A stretch of DNA of 64,000 bases from Octopus bimaculoides. Lineage: Eukaryota. The stretch is from contig NC_068997.1 of NCBI RefSeq assembly GCF_001194135.2, positions 5,396,196 to 5,460,195 of the forward strand. The letters are read 5' to 3'. Below are positions 12,949 through 28,136 of the stretch, piece after piece (position 1 is the stretch's first letter; every line of letters begins with the position of its first letter). Under the pieces are notes generated by a model. That model did no database searches. It was not told where the DNA came from and was given only the letters and a program-made list of their open reading frames with translations. A program made the translations under genes and the position numbers.

Positions 12949-15917
12949 TATATTCAATTATTTCATTTTAAATTAAATATAGGAAAATTTATAATTTCTA
13001 GAGATCATTGAACCTCGTCTTTAAAGGTGGATAATTTAGATATTTACATCTACTTCATGTTTCAATCACGTTTAATTTAATCCTGGATGTGTGCATAGTA
13101 TCAAACTGGATTTGAACCAGGGATCTTTATTTCTACAGTAAGAGTAATAACAAAGACATATATTCTGTGTGCGTGTGTTGTGTTTTCTCTCCATTTTAAA
13201 CATTTATTTAGATTTTAATTGTCAATGAAATTATGAATATTTATTACATAAACATATACTAGGCTTAATATGAATACATATGCACAGTGGTTATTTAAAT
13301 AAATCCTTTTGTAGACACCAGAGTATGATGCAGTCCTTGCATCCATCGGATCCTGTCAACCCATCCAACTCATGCCAGCATGGAACACAGACATTAATTG
13401 ATGACTGTGTATGCACGTGTGCGTGTGGTTTATGTATGTTCATTCAATATACATTGTTTTTCATGTTAGCATGGCTTGGACAGAAATTAATTTCAAGATA
13501 AGATTTTGCAACCAGATGCTCTTCTTGTCATCAAACCCTCACCTATTTTTCAGGTAAAGGAATTTTATATTTAGGTTTTTGAAAGAATAGAGCAATCAGT
13601 CATAACAGTAACAAAGTATGTCAATTTTGGCACCATCTCACTCAAACTGTGACAAAAGAAATATCAAGCGTCACACATTTGTACATGTGCACTGATACAC
13701 ACACACACACATGCAGCCTAAGTCGATCCTGATCAAGAGGAGCTATGATAAAATGTTCAAAACATGGCCATGCTGTTGTCTTCAATCAAATCTATCTAAG
13801 AATACATTATTCAATGTGTGTACTTTTAAATGGTAGTGTATGATCTGAGAGAGAGACTTGGCTGCTGCTACTTGCAAGTCGATCTGTGTATTGCAGACGT
13901 AGGGTTAGACAATAGCATCAACAACTGAGACAAAGAATCAAATATATGGTAAAGACTGGGAGATGAATTTTCTGAGAGAAAAAAGAGAATCACTAGGAAT
14001 GAGAAATAACCAATAACTGTAGTTTAGTCACATGACAACCTGAATGGAAGAGACTATAATTAAAGACCGCCTAGCCTTGTCCAAATGAATTTTCAGACAG
14101 TGTACCAATGGCTTCACTGTGTCCTTCCTTTAAGATAGTCATAAAATCACCCTCAAACCACTACTAACAATATAGAGACTCTTGTTGGCTGAGAAACAAT
14201 TGTATTGTAATATATTATAATGTATTGTAATATATGGTAATGTATTATAGCATAATGTACTGTATACTATAATGCATTTTAGTATATTATGACATCTTGT
14301 AATATACAGTGGCACATGAACGAAATTTGCTTAGGTGGGTGCAAACCCAGGTCCAAAAATTTTTACAAACAAGGTCTTTTTATTTTTTGTTCTTTGAGAA
14401 GAAACCTAACTCCAAGCTACTTTTTACTCACTGTTTTCTAAACCTGAGAAAAGTAAATAGGGGTGCAAATTTTGATTTTGTACCCCACAAAAATTCTATG
14501 GGCTGCGCTTGCACCCCCTGTTACCAGGCCCATGGCAATATATTATAATTCGTTAAGGTGGCAAGTTATCAAAATGCTTAGTGGCATTTTGTCTGTATGT
14601 TCAAAGTTCAAATTCTGCTGAAGTTGACTTTGCCTTTCGTTCTTTTGGGTGNNNNNNNNNNNNNNNNNNNNNNNNNNNNNNNNNNNNNNNNNNNNNGGGT
14701 GGGGTGGGGTGGGGGTCAATAAAATAAGTATCAGTTGGACACTGGTAACAATGTATTCAACTTACCCACTCCCACAAAATTGTTGGCCTTGTGCCAAAAT
14801 TTAAAAAAAAATATTATGTGTTATACTATATCAGAATGTATTATAACAGATTATAATGTATTATAGTATATTGTAATGCATTGTATTCTATTGCAATCTA
14901 CTGTAGTAGATTATAAAAGGCCCAAGAGAGAAAGGAAGGGCAATAAGTTGATCCTGGCATAGAAAGAGTATCTTCAAATATCACCAAACCAGCAGAGGAA
15001 GTTGAACTTCCAAGAGAACACAAAAGCTGAGGTATCTAGCAAATATGGAGACAGTAGCCTAAATAGGGATTTCACCACAGCAAGCGTGACTTGAGAGACA
15101 GCAAAGAGTGAGGAGGGTTGGGAGAATGAAATGTGAAGAAGAAACATTGTGCCCCATATGTTCCGTAAGATCGTATTTTTTATATTTTACTTGTTTTAGT
15201 CATTGGACTGAGGCCATAATAGAGCACTGCCTTGAAAGGTTTAGTCAAATCAAGCCCAGTGCATATCTTTTTTAAAGCCTGGTACTTAATCTATCAGTCT
15301 TTTTTGCCAAACTGCTAATTCACAGGAATGTAAACAAACCAACACTGATTGTCAAGCAGTGGGGTGAGGGACAAACAGACACATACATAAAAATACACAC
15401 TCAAACACACAGATATTAAAATGGGTTTTTCTCTGTTTTTGTCTATTGAATCCGTTCAAGGTTTTTGGTTGGCCTGGGCTTATATTAGAAGGCACTTGCC
15501 CAAGGTGCTACAAAATGGGACTGAACCTGGAACCATGTGGTTAGGAAGCAAACTTCTTACTACACAGCCACATCAATGTAAAAAATATTAATGGTTATGA
15601 TAGAGAATATACAGTTGAGTAAAGATAATTTTAAGAGAAAAACACAAAATATTTGGAATTATCAATTCTGGTTGGAAGTTTTAAAACCAAACAGCTATTA
15701 TTTCATTTGTATCAGTTTAAAAAAAAAAATTCTGTACATATGTTGAATCCTTAAGTTTCATAAAAAAATATTAGGGGTTAGATAATACAAAATACATAAT
15801 AAAAACACCAAAATACAAGCAAACACACTGGTCAATAAAAACAACAGACATAAGCTATATATATATATATATATATGTGCAAGCATCAAGAAGCGGACAA
15901 TTATAACAAGAAAGCAC

Positions 15918-15966
<49 letters not shown>

Positions 15967-15978
15967 TCTGCTACGATA

Positions 15979-16023
<45 letters not shown>

Positions 16024-16186
16024 GTAGTAGTAATAATGATAATAAAAGAGTATAAAAAGTGGCTTACATTCTCCTGACCTCTTGATGCCTTCTGTATGAG
16101 CAGATAGATAGAGAAGGGGATTAAGGGTCAGATTTAGGACATTTGTGGTAGTAAATGCAAACAAAAAGTAGTTCAGTGTTTATGTG

Positions 16187-16221
<35 letters not shown>

Positions 16222-16282
16222 CCAGAAGTATGGTAGAGGTAGGACAATGACCATCAATGACTTGGTTAATGACACAATATAA

Positions 16283-16327
<45 letters not shown>

Positions 16328-18869
16328 CCACACAAAGGATGAATATATTAAAACCAACTGCCGACACTGTCGCTATTAGCAACCAGCACAAGTTATAATC
16401 AGAAGCTGAAGAGGATTAAGAGAAAACAACTAGAGCACCACCACTTCCACCAGCAGCATGAGTGACAGATTTGAAATCAATATTTTATTAACCCCTAATT
16501 GTGAGAAGTTAGACATGACTATGACACACAATCATTCCTTTCCACTGAGTAGCCATGGTTGTGGGGTTAAGAAGTTTAATTCACAACCAATGGATTCTGG
16601 GTTCCGTTCCAGTGCACAGCATCATGGACATCTTTTACTATAGCTATGAGTTGACCATGACTTTGTGAATGGCAAACAGCTGGTGGAAACTGCAGAAGCT
16701 CAATACACACAAACACAGCATGGTCAAGAAGTTAACTTCTCAATCTCATAGTTTTAGGTTCAAACCCACTCAGTGACACTTTGGACAAGTATCTTCTACA
16801 ACAAATAGCCCATGTTAACCAAAACCTTCTCAGTGGATATGGTAGATAGAAACTGAAACTTGAGTGTGCATGTAGGCTTGCATTTGCACTTCTCCCAAAG
16901 CTGCTCAGCTGTGGGCAATGATGTTCCTGTAATTTCTCCTATTAGCAGGTGATCACAGGTTTTGTACCTTCAAAGTTATGTGGAATAAAATATTCCTAAC
17001 TTGAAAAACAGATGAGGATGGGAAGGGATCCAGCTGTAAAAGAATGTCTTAATGTATTCATCCAATCCATGATAGCATGGTAAAATGGACATAAAAAAAA
17101 AAATGAAACATCCATGTTCCATGCTGGCATGGGTTGGACCATTTGACAAGATCCAACAGGTTCAATGACTGCATAGTGCTCCACTGTCTGCTCTGGGAGG
17201 ATTTCTACTGCCCTTCCTAGTGCTAACCACTTTACAGTGTGTAACGGGTGCCTTCTTTGCGTTACCAGCATGAGTAAGGTCACTATGCAGTCTGAAGAAT
17301 TACAAGCCCCAAGATAAGTGACGTTATGCTAGGAAATGAAAGGTTACAGTTTGAGAGAAAGGGCCAAAGCAGAACAGAATCTTGCTGTAGAGGAGCTACA
17401 TGACTACTCACATTTTAGAAAGAGAGTGGTGGTGATCAGGGTAGAGCAGGAAAGAAATAAAATAGTGGTGATGCAATGTGTGTATGACACTCAAGGTATG
17501 AGATGAATAGAAGTTAATGGAGGAAGAAGAATCAGGACAGCGAGTGGGTAGTGGTTGCAAGAGTGTATGAGAGAGTGAGAGATGAGGGAAGTAAACATAA
17601 AGAATGCTGAGTGCATAGGTAAGGAAGAGCAGAAGACAACTATAGAGATTGGATAGGGTTGAGGGAGGTAGATATAATGAATGATGGGAAGTGACCAATG
17701 ATGCATGGGGTTGAGAGCAGCAGAATAGTAATGATGATACAGTATACAGGGAAAGGGTGAGAAGGAGAGAGAGAAAGATGATGAGTGGTTGGATAGATTG
17801 TGAAAGTGTGGGGGCAGGAGAGAGAAGTAGGTATAGTGCATGGTGATAGATAGATAGATAGATAGTAGAGAGAGAGAGATATGGTGGTGGAGAAGACAAA
17901 TGATTTGGCAGCTTGAGGAGGAGACACAGTAAAGTGTTGATAGAAAGGGCAGTATTGGTTTCAAATTTTGGCACAAGGCTAGCAATCTTGGGGGAGGGTG
18001 TAAGTCAATTACCTCGATCCCAGAGTCCCACTGGTACTTCTTTTATCAACACTGAAAGGATGAAAGGTGAAGTCAACCTTAGCAGAATTTGAACTCAGAA
18101 TGTGAAGACAGACGAAATGCTGCAAAGCATTTTGCCCAACGTGCTAATGATTCTGCCAGCTCGCTGCCTTATGAGAGGACAGTATTAAGGGTGAACATTG
18201 CCAAAGGTTAGTGGTATCAAGGAAAAATTGCAGTTGGAGAGATGAAAGGTGGTGGGAGTGTCTTGAGGTAGGAAATTCGGTAAAGGGCCCTGCTGTACAT
18301 GCACACACAATGCTTCTGGTACCACCAATCATCTCGGTACCCTGTCATCTCCTCCAAGAGTTTAAATATGTGTCTGTGTATGTTTATATCTTTTGTCGTA
18401 TACTAGTGAAGAATACAAACATCAATGAAAAACTAGTGCTCTTCAAACTGTTCACAAACATGCCTCCCTTAATTAACTGTCATAAATACACTGAACCAAT
18501 GATTGGCTTGACGTAAACCAGTAATCAACAATAACACAATTGTGATATAAAATTATAAAACAGATTGAAGAACTTGTAGGGTTTGAGATCTCTTTAGTCC
18601 TGTCTTTCAGAGAGATACTCAATTTTTCTAGTGTTGCTGCTATGTGAAAATGCACCCAGTACACATGGCAAAACTGTTGGTGATGGAAAGGGAATCAAAT
18701 TATAGAAACCTAGTCAGAATATGTATGAACACATATATAAGGGAACAGCAGCTCCCCATAAGAAATGACATGAACAATGCCTCCAACTCATGCCAGCATG
18801 GAAAATAGACATAAAATGATGATGAGATTAAATATCAGACCAAAGTCAGTCATGTTTAAACTATATATA

Positions 18870-19618
18870 NNNNNNNNNNNNNNNNNNNNNNNNNNNNNNN
18901 NNNNNNNNNNNNNNNNNNNNNNNNNNNNNNNNNNNNNNNNNNNNNNNNNNNNNNNNNNNNNNNNNNNNNNNNNNNNNNNNNNNNNNNNNNNNNNNNNNNN
19001 NNNNNNNNNNNNNNNNNNNNNNNNNNNNNNNNNNNNNNNNNNNNNNNNNNNNNNNNNNNNNNNNNNNNNNNNNNNNNNNNNNNNNNNNNNNNNNNNNNNN
19101 NNNNNNNNNNNNNNNNNNNNNNNNNNNNNNNNNNNNNNNNNNNNNNNNNNNNNNNNNNNNNNNNNNNNNNNNNNNNNNNNNNNNNNNNNNNNNNNNNNNN
19201 NNNNNNNNNNNNNNNNNNNNNNNNNNNNNNNNNNNNNNNNNNNNNNNNNNNNNNNNNNNNNNNNNNNNNNNNNNNNNNNNNNNNNNNNNNNNNNNNNNNN
19301 NNNNNNNNNNNNNNNNNNNNNNNNNNNNNNNNNNNNNNNNNNNNNNNNNNNNNNNNNNNNNNNNNNNNNNNNNNNNNNNNNNNNNNNNNNNNNNNNNNNN
19401 NNNNNNNNNNNNNNNNNNNNNNNNNNNNNNNNNNNNNNNNNNNNNNNNNNNNNNNNNNNNNNNNNNNNNNNNNNNNNNNNNNNNNNNNNNNNNNNNNNNN
19501 NNNNNNNNNNNNNNNNNNNNNNNNNNNNNNNNNNNNNNNNNNNNNNNNNNNNNNNNNNNNNNNNNNNNNNNNNNNNNNNNNNNNNNNNNNNNNNNNNNNN
19601 NNNNNNNNNNNNNNNNNN
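18870..19618. other. Largest assembly gap
   Basis: N run. Other gaps: 1469-1478, 14652-14696, 28822-29264, 34877-35055, 36736-36786, 39559-39569, 59865-60059, 61947-62046, 63565-63743. Confidence 0.99.
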
Positions 19619-21059
19619 ATATGTGTGTGTGTGTGTGTGTGTGTGTCATTGCTATTATGTTAAATTGTCGTATGTCCAAATTTGGCCAAATGCATTTTTT
19701 TCAATATTTAATTTTGCTTGCAAGCCAGTTCTTTTGGTCAAACTATCATATCTCCAGCTACTTCAGATGAAAATTGTGAAAATGAGGTACAACGGTATAG
19801 AATTTTTCAAAAGTAGTAAACCTCCGCATACGACACTTTTGCAAAAATATTTCTGACTGAAAATATCATACATGCATGGAGTCATGATTTTATGCACCAA
19901 ACAAATTATTATTGTTAAGCTGAAACTGTTGCTAATGTAAAAAGAAGTGGAATGGTGAGACTATTTTTTCATTTTCTGAAAAAGCAACATTTTGGACTTA
20001 CAGCACTTTTGCTTAGTAGCAACAATATATATATATTAGTGTTTTCACAACTGACCAACACTCCAGCAGACATTAGCTGAGCAAGTGCACAATAGTCAAT
20101 TTGAAATGACCACAATGGATAATGACTGACCCTACAATGGACTGTGAACTGATCAGTCCCACAATGTGCAGTGTGAGGTGACCAACCTTGCAATAATACA
20201 TGTTAAGAAGATAGGAAAACATTTTAATAAATTTCAATAACAAACTGAGAGAGTGAGTACAATGTGTCCAAGCTATGACAGAAGAGAAAGTTAAGTCTAT
20301 TGTCCAATTCACACTTCACAGCCTAATTTCTGGAGTCCAGAATATGCAAACTTCAGTTAAACAGCCAAGAGGTCAATAGTCTATTAGTATTGAGTCCATC
20401 CCCACAACATTCACAGATGGCTCAATCTAACTTGCTGTAAACAGAAACAACATCCTACTGTAAACAGTGGGAGTACCGTTAGTATAACTTTATCTAGTGT
20501 CTCCCTTCCACATCCCTTTTTCAAAATAGAAGAGTGTCATCAAAGAAAATTTGGCTGCTATTTCTAACAGGTCATAGAGACTCCCTTGTTGATTATGATG
20601 AGGGTAGATGTAGGCAGTCAGAGAGAGAGAGAGGATTATTATTTTAGAGGAGAGAAAAAACATCCCCTCCTCCAACATAAACAATTCTGAGAATAAAGGA
20701 AACAAAAGAAAACACCAAACAACAAGCCCCAACACAATCAATAAGAGACAGGCCAGGTCTGTAGTAAAATATTAAGTAGAAAACATTTTGTTGTTCCATC
20801 AAACTTGGTCGCAATGATTGACATCTCAATTATATATTCATTTAGGTATCAGTCCTGCACTGGAGTTGTTCTGAAGCTGACTATAACCATTCTCTTCCAA
20901 TTTTGTTGCCTTAGTCCTATATTTTAAAACAATTATTTGCTTTATATTTCAACATTGCCATAATACTACTTTAGAAAATTCAATAGTAGTTAGTGAAGAA
21001 TTGTCTAACAGACATTATTGCTATGAAGAAAGAAGAGCATTCAGAGTCTTATTGTTGTT

Positions 21060-23239
21060 ATTGTTAAGGTAGTGAGCAGGCACAATTGTTAGCATGTCAG
21101 GCATTCTGAGTTCAAATTCCGCTGAGATCGACTTTGCCTGTCATCCTTTTGGGGTTGATAGAATAGGTTGCAGCTGACTGCTGGGGTTGATGTAATATGG
21201 CTTACCCCCTTCCCTGAACTTATTGGCCTTGTGCCAAGATTTGAAACAACAACAACAAAAAGTCTTTCTCATTTTGGCACAAAGCCAGCAATTGTGGGAA
21301 GAGGTGACAAGTAGATTCCATTGACCCCAGTACTTAACTGTTACTTTATTTTATCAATACTGAAAGCATGAGAGACAAAGTTAATCTCTGCAGTATTTGA
21401 ACTCAAAATGTAAAGATCTTAAAGAAATGCCACTCAACATTTTGTCCAATGCACTAATAATTCTGCCAGCTCATTGACTTGCTTATAATAACTTTTCTTT
21501 CCAATTTTGGCACACAACCAGCAATTTTGAGGAGTAAGTGGATGTGTCCATCACATAAACCTCAGTACTTAACTGGTACTTTACTTAAATAGACCCTGAA
21601 TGGATGAACGGCAAAGTTGACCTTAGTGGAATTTGAATTCAGGAAGTAAAAAGCTGGAAGGAATGCCATTAAGCATTTTGTCTGACACACTAATGATTCT
21701 GCCTTGTTTATAATTTTTTTTCTTTCTTGTGTGGTCTGAAATTTTGTGGGAGAGGGCTAGTTGATTATATTAACCCCCAGTGCTCAACTGGTACTTATTT
21801 TATCAACCCTGAAAAGGAGAAAGGCAAAGTCAATCTCGGCAACATTTGAACTCAGAACATAAAACTGGAAGAAATGTCAAGAAAGATTTTGTCTAACATG
21901 CTAATGATTTTACCTTACTACTAATGATAATGGCTTCAAATCTAGGCACAAGGCCAGCAGTTTGGGAGAATGGTGTAAGTCAATTACATCAACCCTAGTA
22001 TTCAACTGGTACTTGTTTTATCAACCTCAAAAAGATGAAAGACAAAATCAACCTTAGCGGAATTTGAACTCTGCATAAAGACAGATGAAATGCTACTAGG
22101 GATTCGGTCCTGCAGGGTAATAATTCTGCCAGCTTACCACCTTAATAATAATAATAACAATAATAATAATAATAATAATAATAACAATAATAATATTTGG
22201 TTCTAGTATAGACAATGAACTGATACAAGTCGCAATTGGCAGAGTTGGTAGAGTATTAGACAGAATGCTTCATAGTATTTGTTTCAACTCTGCATCATGA
22301 GTTCAAATCCTGCCATTGTCAACTTCATCTTTCAACCTTTTAGGGTTGATATATATATAAAAAAAAGGTACCAATCAAAGGCAGTGGATTAGCACAGCTG
22401 TAAGAACGTCAAACCAGTTGTGGCCGGACAGTCTTACATTTACAGTATTGGTTCCAGTTCTTTGTATTCTGAATTCAATTTCTGCTATGGTTCACTTGGC
22501 TGATACACTTAGCTAGTCACTTGGTTCAATACTATCACCTGGCTCCTAGAGTGCCTTTACCAGATTTCACTCTACTGCAAGCAATCAGGCCAGATTTCTG
22601 GCTCAAAGTTAACTTCCTTCCTACCTATACCACTATCCCAGAGACCCAATAAAGGGTCATGGCCCTGCCTTCCCTTCTGATTAACAGATTAGCAAGATAA
22701 AAGAAGGGGTACAAGGTTTAAAATTTAGGAAAGGCAGGGTACTCAATCTGACTCTAGTAGTTAACTGCTACTTTATTTTATTGACCTCAGAAGGATTTGA
22801 ATTTGGTATAACAATATTACTGAGGCTTTCTAACTTGGCACAAAGGTTGATTAAATTGTCCTCTGTACTTGGTTAGTGCTTATTTTGTCCTTTTTTGATG
22901 GGTAAAAGGCAAAGTTGACTCTGAAATCCCAGAACAATAACTATTCCAAAAATGATACAAGAGCCACAAATTTGGTAGTGATGGGGAGGGGGAAGTAACA
23001 CAATAGATTAAATCAACACCAGTACATTGTCTAATATTTGTTTTTATCAACCAAATGTACTGGTTTTAACCATAGAAACGCTGCAATAGCATAAATGTAC
23101 AAATCTAGTAATTCTACCAATTTACCACCACCACAGTAAACACTATTGGGTATTTTGTTCAGCAATTAGAGAATTCTACCAATTTTCTACAGGAATGGAA
23201 TGGAGTGGTGTGTGCGTGTGTGTGAGAGAGAGAGGGGGG

Positions 23240-23278
<39 letters not shown>

Positions 23279-23590
23279 AGAGAGAAAGAGAGAGAGAGAG
23301 AAAGAGAGAGAGAGATTTGATTGCAATAACCTTTCTAGTATACTACTAGTATTTTATCAAAGCCAGGGGAATGAAACAGAAAAATTGATAACTGAACTCA
23401 GAATTTTGAATTAGAAAAGTAAATATAGTAAAGCATTAGTAAATTTAATTAACTCCACCAGTTGACCAGTACTTTATTTTATTGACCACAGGAGGATAAA
23501 AAGACATAGCTGACCTTAGCAGAATTCGAACTCAGAATGTAAAGAGTCATGACTAAATACAGCAGGGCTCAACCAATTCTGCCAGTTTAC
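21060..23590. mobile_element. Cluster of at least 8 copies of a ~200-bp tRNA-derived SINE (Nin/Deu-like core), mixed orientation
   Basis: Repeated core CTTTGCCTTTCATCCTTTCGGGGTTGATAAAATAAGTACCAG, B-box-like GAGTTCAAATTC and tail GGCCTTGTGCCAAAATTTGAAA; AAT-rich spacers. Boundaries approximate. Confidence 0.85.
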
Positions 23591-24973
23591 ATAGTTAAAG
23601 GGCCAGGGAAGTCATGTGTTCACCTCTTCAGCAAGACACCTGTTCTTGTCTATCTATCATACTTTCACATCCTTCAATACTATACCCCACTCAGTTGAGG
23701 GGGTCTTGTCTTGTAAGTACTTAGTGACCTCACTATGAGAGAAAAAAAGCACCTAGTGCACTCATCATCATCATTTAACGTCTGCTTTCTATCATGCTGG
23801 CATGGGTTGGACAGTTTGATTGAAAATTGGTAATCACGGGGGTGGGGGGCTGCACCAGATCCAGATCTGATTTAGCAAGATCTCTACAGCTTCCTAAGGC
23901 CAACCACTCTAAGAGTGTAGTGGGTGTTTCTTTGTGTGCAACCAGTACAGGTGCCATTGACCTGACACTGGCATCAGCCACAACTATAGTCTCACTTGGC
24001 TTGACAGGTCTACACAAGTACAGTATATCACCAAAGGTCTTGGTCACCTGTCACTGCTTCCATATGGCCCAATGCTCGACCAGTGCTTTTTACATGCCAC
24101 TGGCATGGGTGCCAGTCAGACGGCACTGTTATCAGCCACGACTACTATTTCATTCAGTTCAACAGGTCTTCATAAGCACAGCATATTGCCGAACAATTGA
24201 AGGGTGCTTTTAACAGGCAGTTACACAACACTGGCATCAGCCATGACTACGATTTCATTTGGCTTGATGTTACTGCCTCCGTAAGGCTCAATCCCTGAAT
24301 GGTGCTTTTTACATGCCACTAGCATGGGTGCCAGTCAGACAGCACTGGCATTGGCCATAACTAGTTCGACAGATCTTCACAACCACAGCATATCACCCAA
24401 CGATTGAAGGGTGCTTTTATACATGACATTGGCATCGGTCCCAACAATGTAATTGGCATTCAGCAGTAGAAACTATTCCAAAGCAGACACTGGAGCTTGA
24501 TGCAGCCCTCTGGCTCAGAGGTTCCTGTTGAATCACTCAAACCATACCAATGGAAGTTAAATGGTGATGATAAAACCCCAGGAGTGGGAACAAAGGATCA
24601 AACTGAGCCCTCTATTTGACGTATTTTATTGACCCCTGAACAATGAAAGAGTTGATCTCCCGTGTAACAAATGAAACTAAACGTAAAATATTTCGTCTGA
24701 TGCTCCATTATTTCTCAGCCTTAATTATGGTAATTATGATAGTGATGGTAGTAATAAACATTATGTTGTTGAAGACTGAGTCTTTGGATTGGTATGATGT
24801 GCAACAATCCAATCTAAATACAAATTAATCTGTTTAACTGTAATCAAACTCACAACAACCTTCTTTCAGTCAAAGTATAAAGAATTTGTGAAGGAAGAGT
24901 ATCACTATCTGACCCCATGGGTAGCGTAAATAAACACAACAGAATATTCACTACAAGTGCTGCTGCTGCTTAC

Positions 24974-25049
24974 CTGCGACTGCTTGGACAGTGAACTGGC
25001 CAAATATTCAGAAGGCAGAGAGTCTGTATCAGATGCGGTCTTCTTATCT
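24974..25049 (-). CDS. HGS: HGS exon, FYVE-UIM linker
   Basis: ctttcttcattgcAG|...|GTAAGC, 76 nt, phase 2 to 0. DKKTASDTDSLPSEYLASSLSKQSQ (Hrs: LPPEYLTSPLSQQSQ). Confidence 0.93.
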
Positions 25050-27169
25050 CTGCAATGAAGAAAGAGAATGAATCTATCAGAGGTGGCTTCATCATACAAA
25101 CAGAACTGTAGTAAAAATAAATAAATGAATAAATAAATAAAAATGCAGTAAGGGAAATAATTTAAAGAGGTAAAAGGTATAAATTTGGACAAATGAGTCA
25201 GTACTGTGTGTCATATGCAAAATATTTTCAGCTAAAATTTACCACTTAGTTGGAGAAAAAATTTTTTAATGGCAATTGGAAACTACACTCCTAAAAGAGG
25301 AAATGATTTTAAAAAAAAATTAATTTCTCAGTTATTTTATACACGTTATGAAGAGGTCCCTTTTGTCAGGTTGAGGACAAAAAAAAGCAACACCTCTCTA
25401 GGGCTGATGCCACAAAAACAAAAACAAAAAAGCATTGAGTATACTTCATAAAACATTGTTAGGAAAGAGCATCTAGCCACAGAAACCAAGGCAAAACTGA
25501 AATGAAATGAGATGAAATCATCTGACCTATCCAGGTGAGCAGTACCCATGAATATGTGCTGACTTCCATGATGACAACCCATCAAACCCATGCCAGCCTG
25601 GGAACTAGATGTATAATGACAATGATATTGGGAAAGTCTGAACTTTGTTTGAAGGCAAGGGACAATTAAGGAAATGTCTCAGTCTATTAGGTTTCATTGG
25701 CACAGTATATACTTTATGATGTATAAACTATAGCATATAATTACTTCAAAACTGCTCGATTAGTTGACAGAGATTCTTACATAAAAGAAAGTAATATTTT
25801 TTTTTAGTATAATTTGCATAATTAAACCATGAGCCAGGTGAAATTATTCAAACGAGCCAATGGCATGAATATGGATAAGTTAAAGAGTGATGCATTGAAT
25901 GCAATGTGCAAAAATTTTAATTAATTATAATACCTTTGTTGTTAGTGACCTCTAAACAAACTGGGCAATGATTTCAAGGAATTAGGAATTAATCTCTCAA
26001 AGTTCAATTATACATACTTAGAGGAAGGAAAGTATAAGCCTTGTTTGCTGGCAAAGGTGACAATTATGAAAAATTCCACTGCAAAAGAGTGACTTGCTCA
26101 AGGACAAAATGTACCACTCAATGTAAAAATCAAACTCACAACCTCTCAATTCTAAGCCCAATACCTCAACCATTGGGTCACACATTATCATTTGCAGGAC
26201 AATCAACAGTAAATATAGCCAAGAGTTTATTAACTAATTTATAAAGCAGAGTTCTTGACTGATTGACTGACACAGAAACAGTACAGTGCATAAAATACAT
26301 AAAATGTAATACATAAAATATAAAATAGGCAACATTTACAAGTGAACCAGTAGTTGGTAGATATAGCACATGCACACAATTACCATCATTTTCATTTTAA
26401 CATCCACTTCTCCATGCTTGAATAGTTAAAACAGAATTCTTTGAGGCAGATTTTCTACAGCTGGCTATCTTTTCTGTTATCAACCATCATCTATTTCAAA
26501 GCAAAGTAATGACCAGACATGTTTTCCTTGGAAGACTGGAAACAAGGACCACTTGTAGAGGATAGACCAAAAGTCACAAAGAGGTTGCACTCACAAAGAT
26601 CTGATTGGACAGGGGCTATAGCAGAAGACATTTGCTCAAGCTGCTGCACTTGACAACCACATTGATGGGAAGCAAGCTGCTTCTGAAACACACAGCCAGG
26701 GACAGAGAACATTAAGGTGCTTACATTCTTGTACACAATATTAAAGCAGAACTTGTGAAGGAATGGAAAAACAAATTGTTCACATTCTGTTACACACACA
26801 TTTTTTTAACCACAGAAAACATGCATTATAACATGCTACATTCTGGTACTGGTGTAACATAAACAGCATCCAGTACACACAGGGGAGTGGTTGGTGTTAG
26901 AAAGAACACCCAGCTGTAAAAAACATACCAGAACAGACAATGGAGCCTGGTGCAACCCCTGGCCTTATCAGCTCTGGTCAAACCATCCAATCCATACCAG
27001 CATGGAAAACAGACATTAAATGAGGATGATGATTCCCCCAATTGTTGTATTTATTTCTACAAATCTTGAATATAGAGGTTCAGAAATACCGAAATGACTA
27101 TTATTGTGATACTGCTCATTACAATACAGGAATTGTTATCATCATAAATTTTATGTTCTTTTCTTTGCT

Positions 27170-27440
27170 TGGATGGGTTGGACAGATCTTCTCCAGCACA
27201 GTAGCCCAACACTTATCACAGTTACTCATCTCCTCCATGAAGTCAAATCTGACATCCGTGCTCACCATTGTTGCTCATGTTATCCCAGGTCTTTCTCTTC
27301 TGCAGTGCCAGCTGGGTCAAGAAGTACCAAGTGGCTCAAGTGGATCACTTGGCACTTCTTTACCCAACTATCATTCATCATGCACATCATACATCCACTC
27401 CAGTGCAGTTTCTTCTCTCGTACACTACAACTGATTTCTC
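27170..27440 (-). mobile_element. Decayed RTE LINE 3' remnant
   Basis: Minus strand VREKKLHWSG..MNDSWVKKC, the same family as 35056-35251. Confidence 0.65.
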
Positions 27441-28014
27441 ATGCATCTAGTTTGTCTCAGTTTATTTGTACTCTGTTGTTCATGCACACTAACATTACAC
27501 ATGCACCCAGTAACATATACACAGTAAAGTATACTGGGTGTTGGAAAGGCATCCAACCATAGAAACCATATCAAAAAAGGAATGTATGAGTAACTACAAA
27601 TCAGAACCATCTTGGACCATGACAACATATCCAATCCAAGCTAATATGGAACACTATAAAATGATATGAGAGTATTCTATAGAGCATATCACAGAAAACC
27701 TCTCCACTGTTAGACCAGTACTTCATTTGACTGACTGGTACTTGATTTTTTTCAGAAGAATGGAATGCAAAGTTGATCTTGTGTGAATTTTGCACTCAGA
27801 ACATAAAGAGCTGAAACTAAATACTGCAAGACATTTTTATCTGTTTATAATGATTCTGCAAATTTACCACTTTGTTTGAAAAAATTGTTTGAAATTAAAA
27901 TGATGTCCTCATTCCTTAAATTTTCTCTCACTTACACCACTAGGTTTAGAATCCATAGCTTCAGCAGACAGCTTTTACAAACAAAAAGGAAAGAAGATGA
28001 AAAGGAGAGCTTAC

Positions 28015-28136
28015 TTGAGTTTATCAAAGCAAGAATCACAGACTCGCACTTCACGTTCTATCCCAAAGCGAGGAATGGTTGATACTTTTGAAGAGCATTT
28101 ACTACACATTACTTCTCCACAGTTGCGGCAATGGTG
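28015..28136 (-). CDS. HGS: HGS exon, second half of the FYVE finger
   Basis: tttttttctAG|...|GTAAGC, 122 nt, phase 0 to 2. [40 protein letters not shown](K). With the previous exon it gives the PI3P-binding RKHHCR and RVC motifs and the Zn ligands. Confidence 0.97.

Noticed and set aside
17408-17985. 188/164-aa Leu/Ser/His-rich minus-strand ORFs
   Set aside because: Pyrimidine-rich low-complexity strand with several overlapping open frames, no recognisable domain, and it adjoins repeat fragments.
18777-19856. Long ORFs (359 and 272 aa; likewise 28755-29313, 34644-35074, 59792-60066, 61815-62116)
   Set aside because: They are open only because they run through N gaps.
25812-25861. Octamer ATTTGCAT + TAATTA + CCAAT as an enhancer
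   Set aside because: Short AT-rich motifs are expected by chance in 64 kb (another octamer lies near 61747), and there is no conservation evidence.
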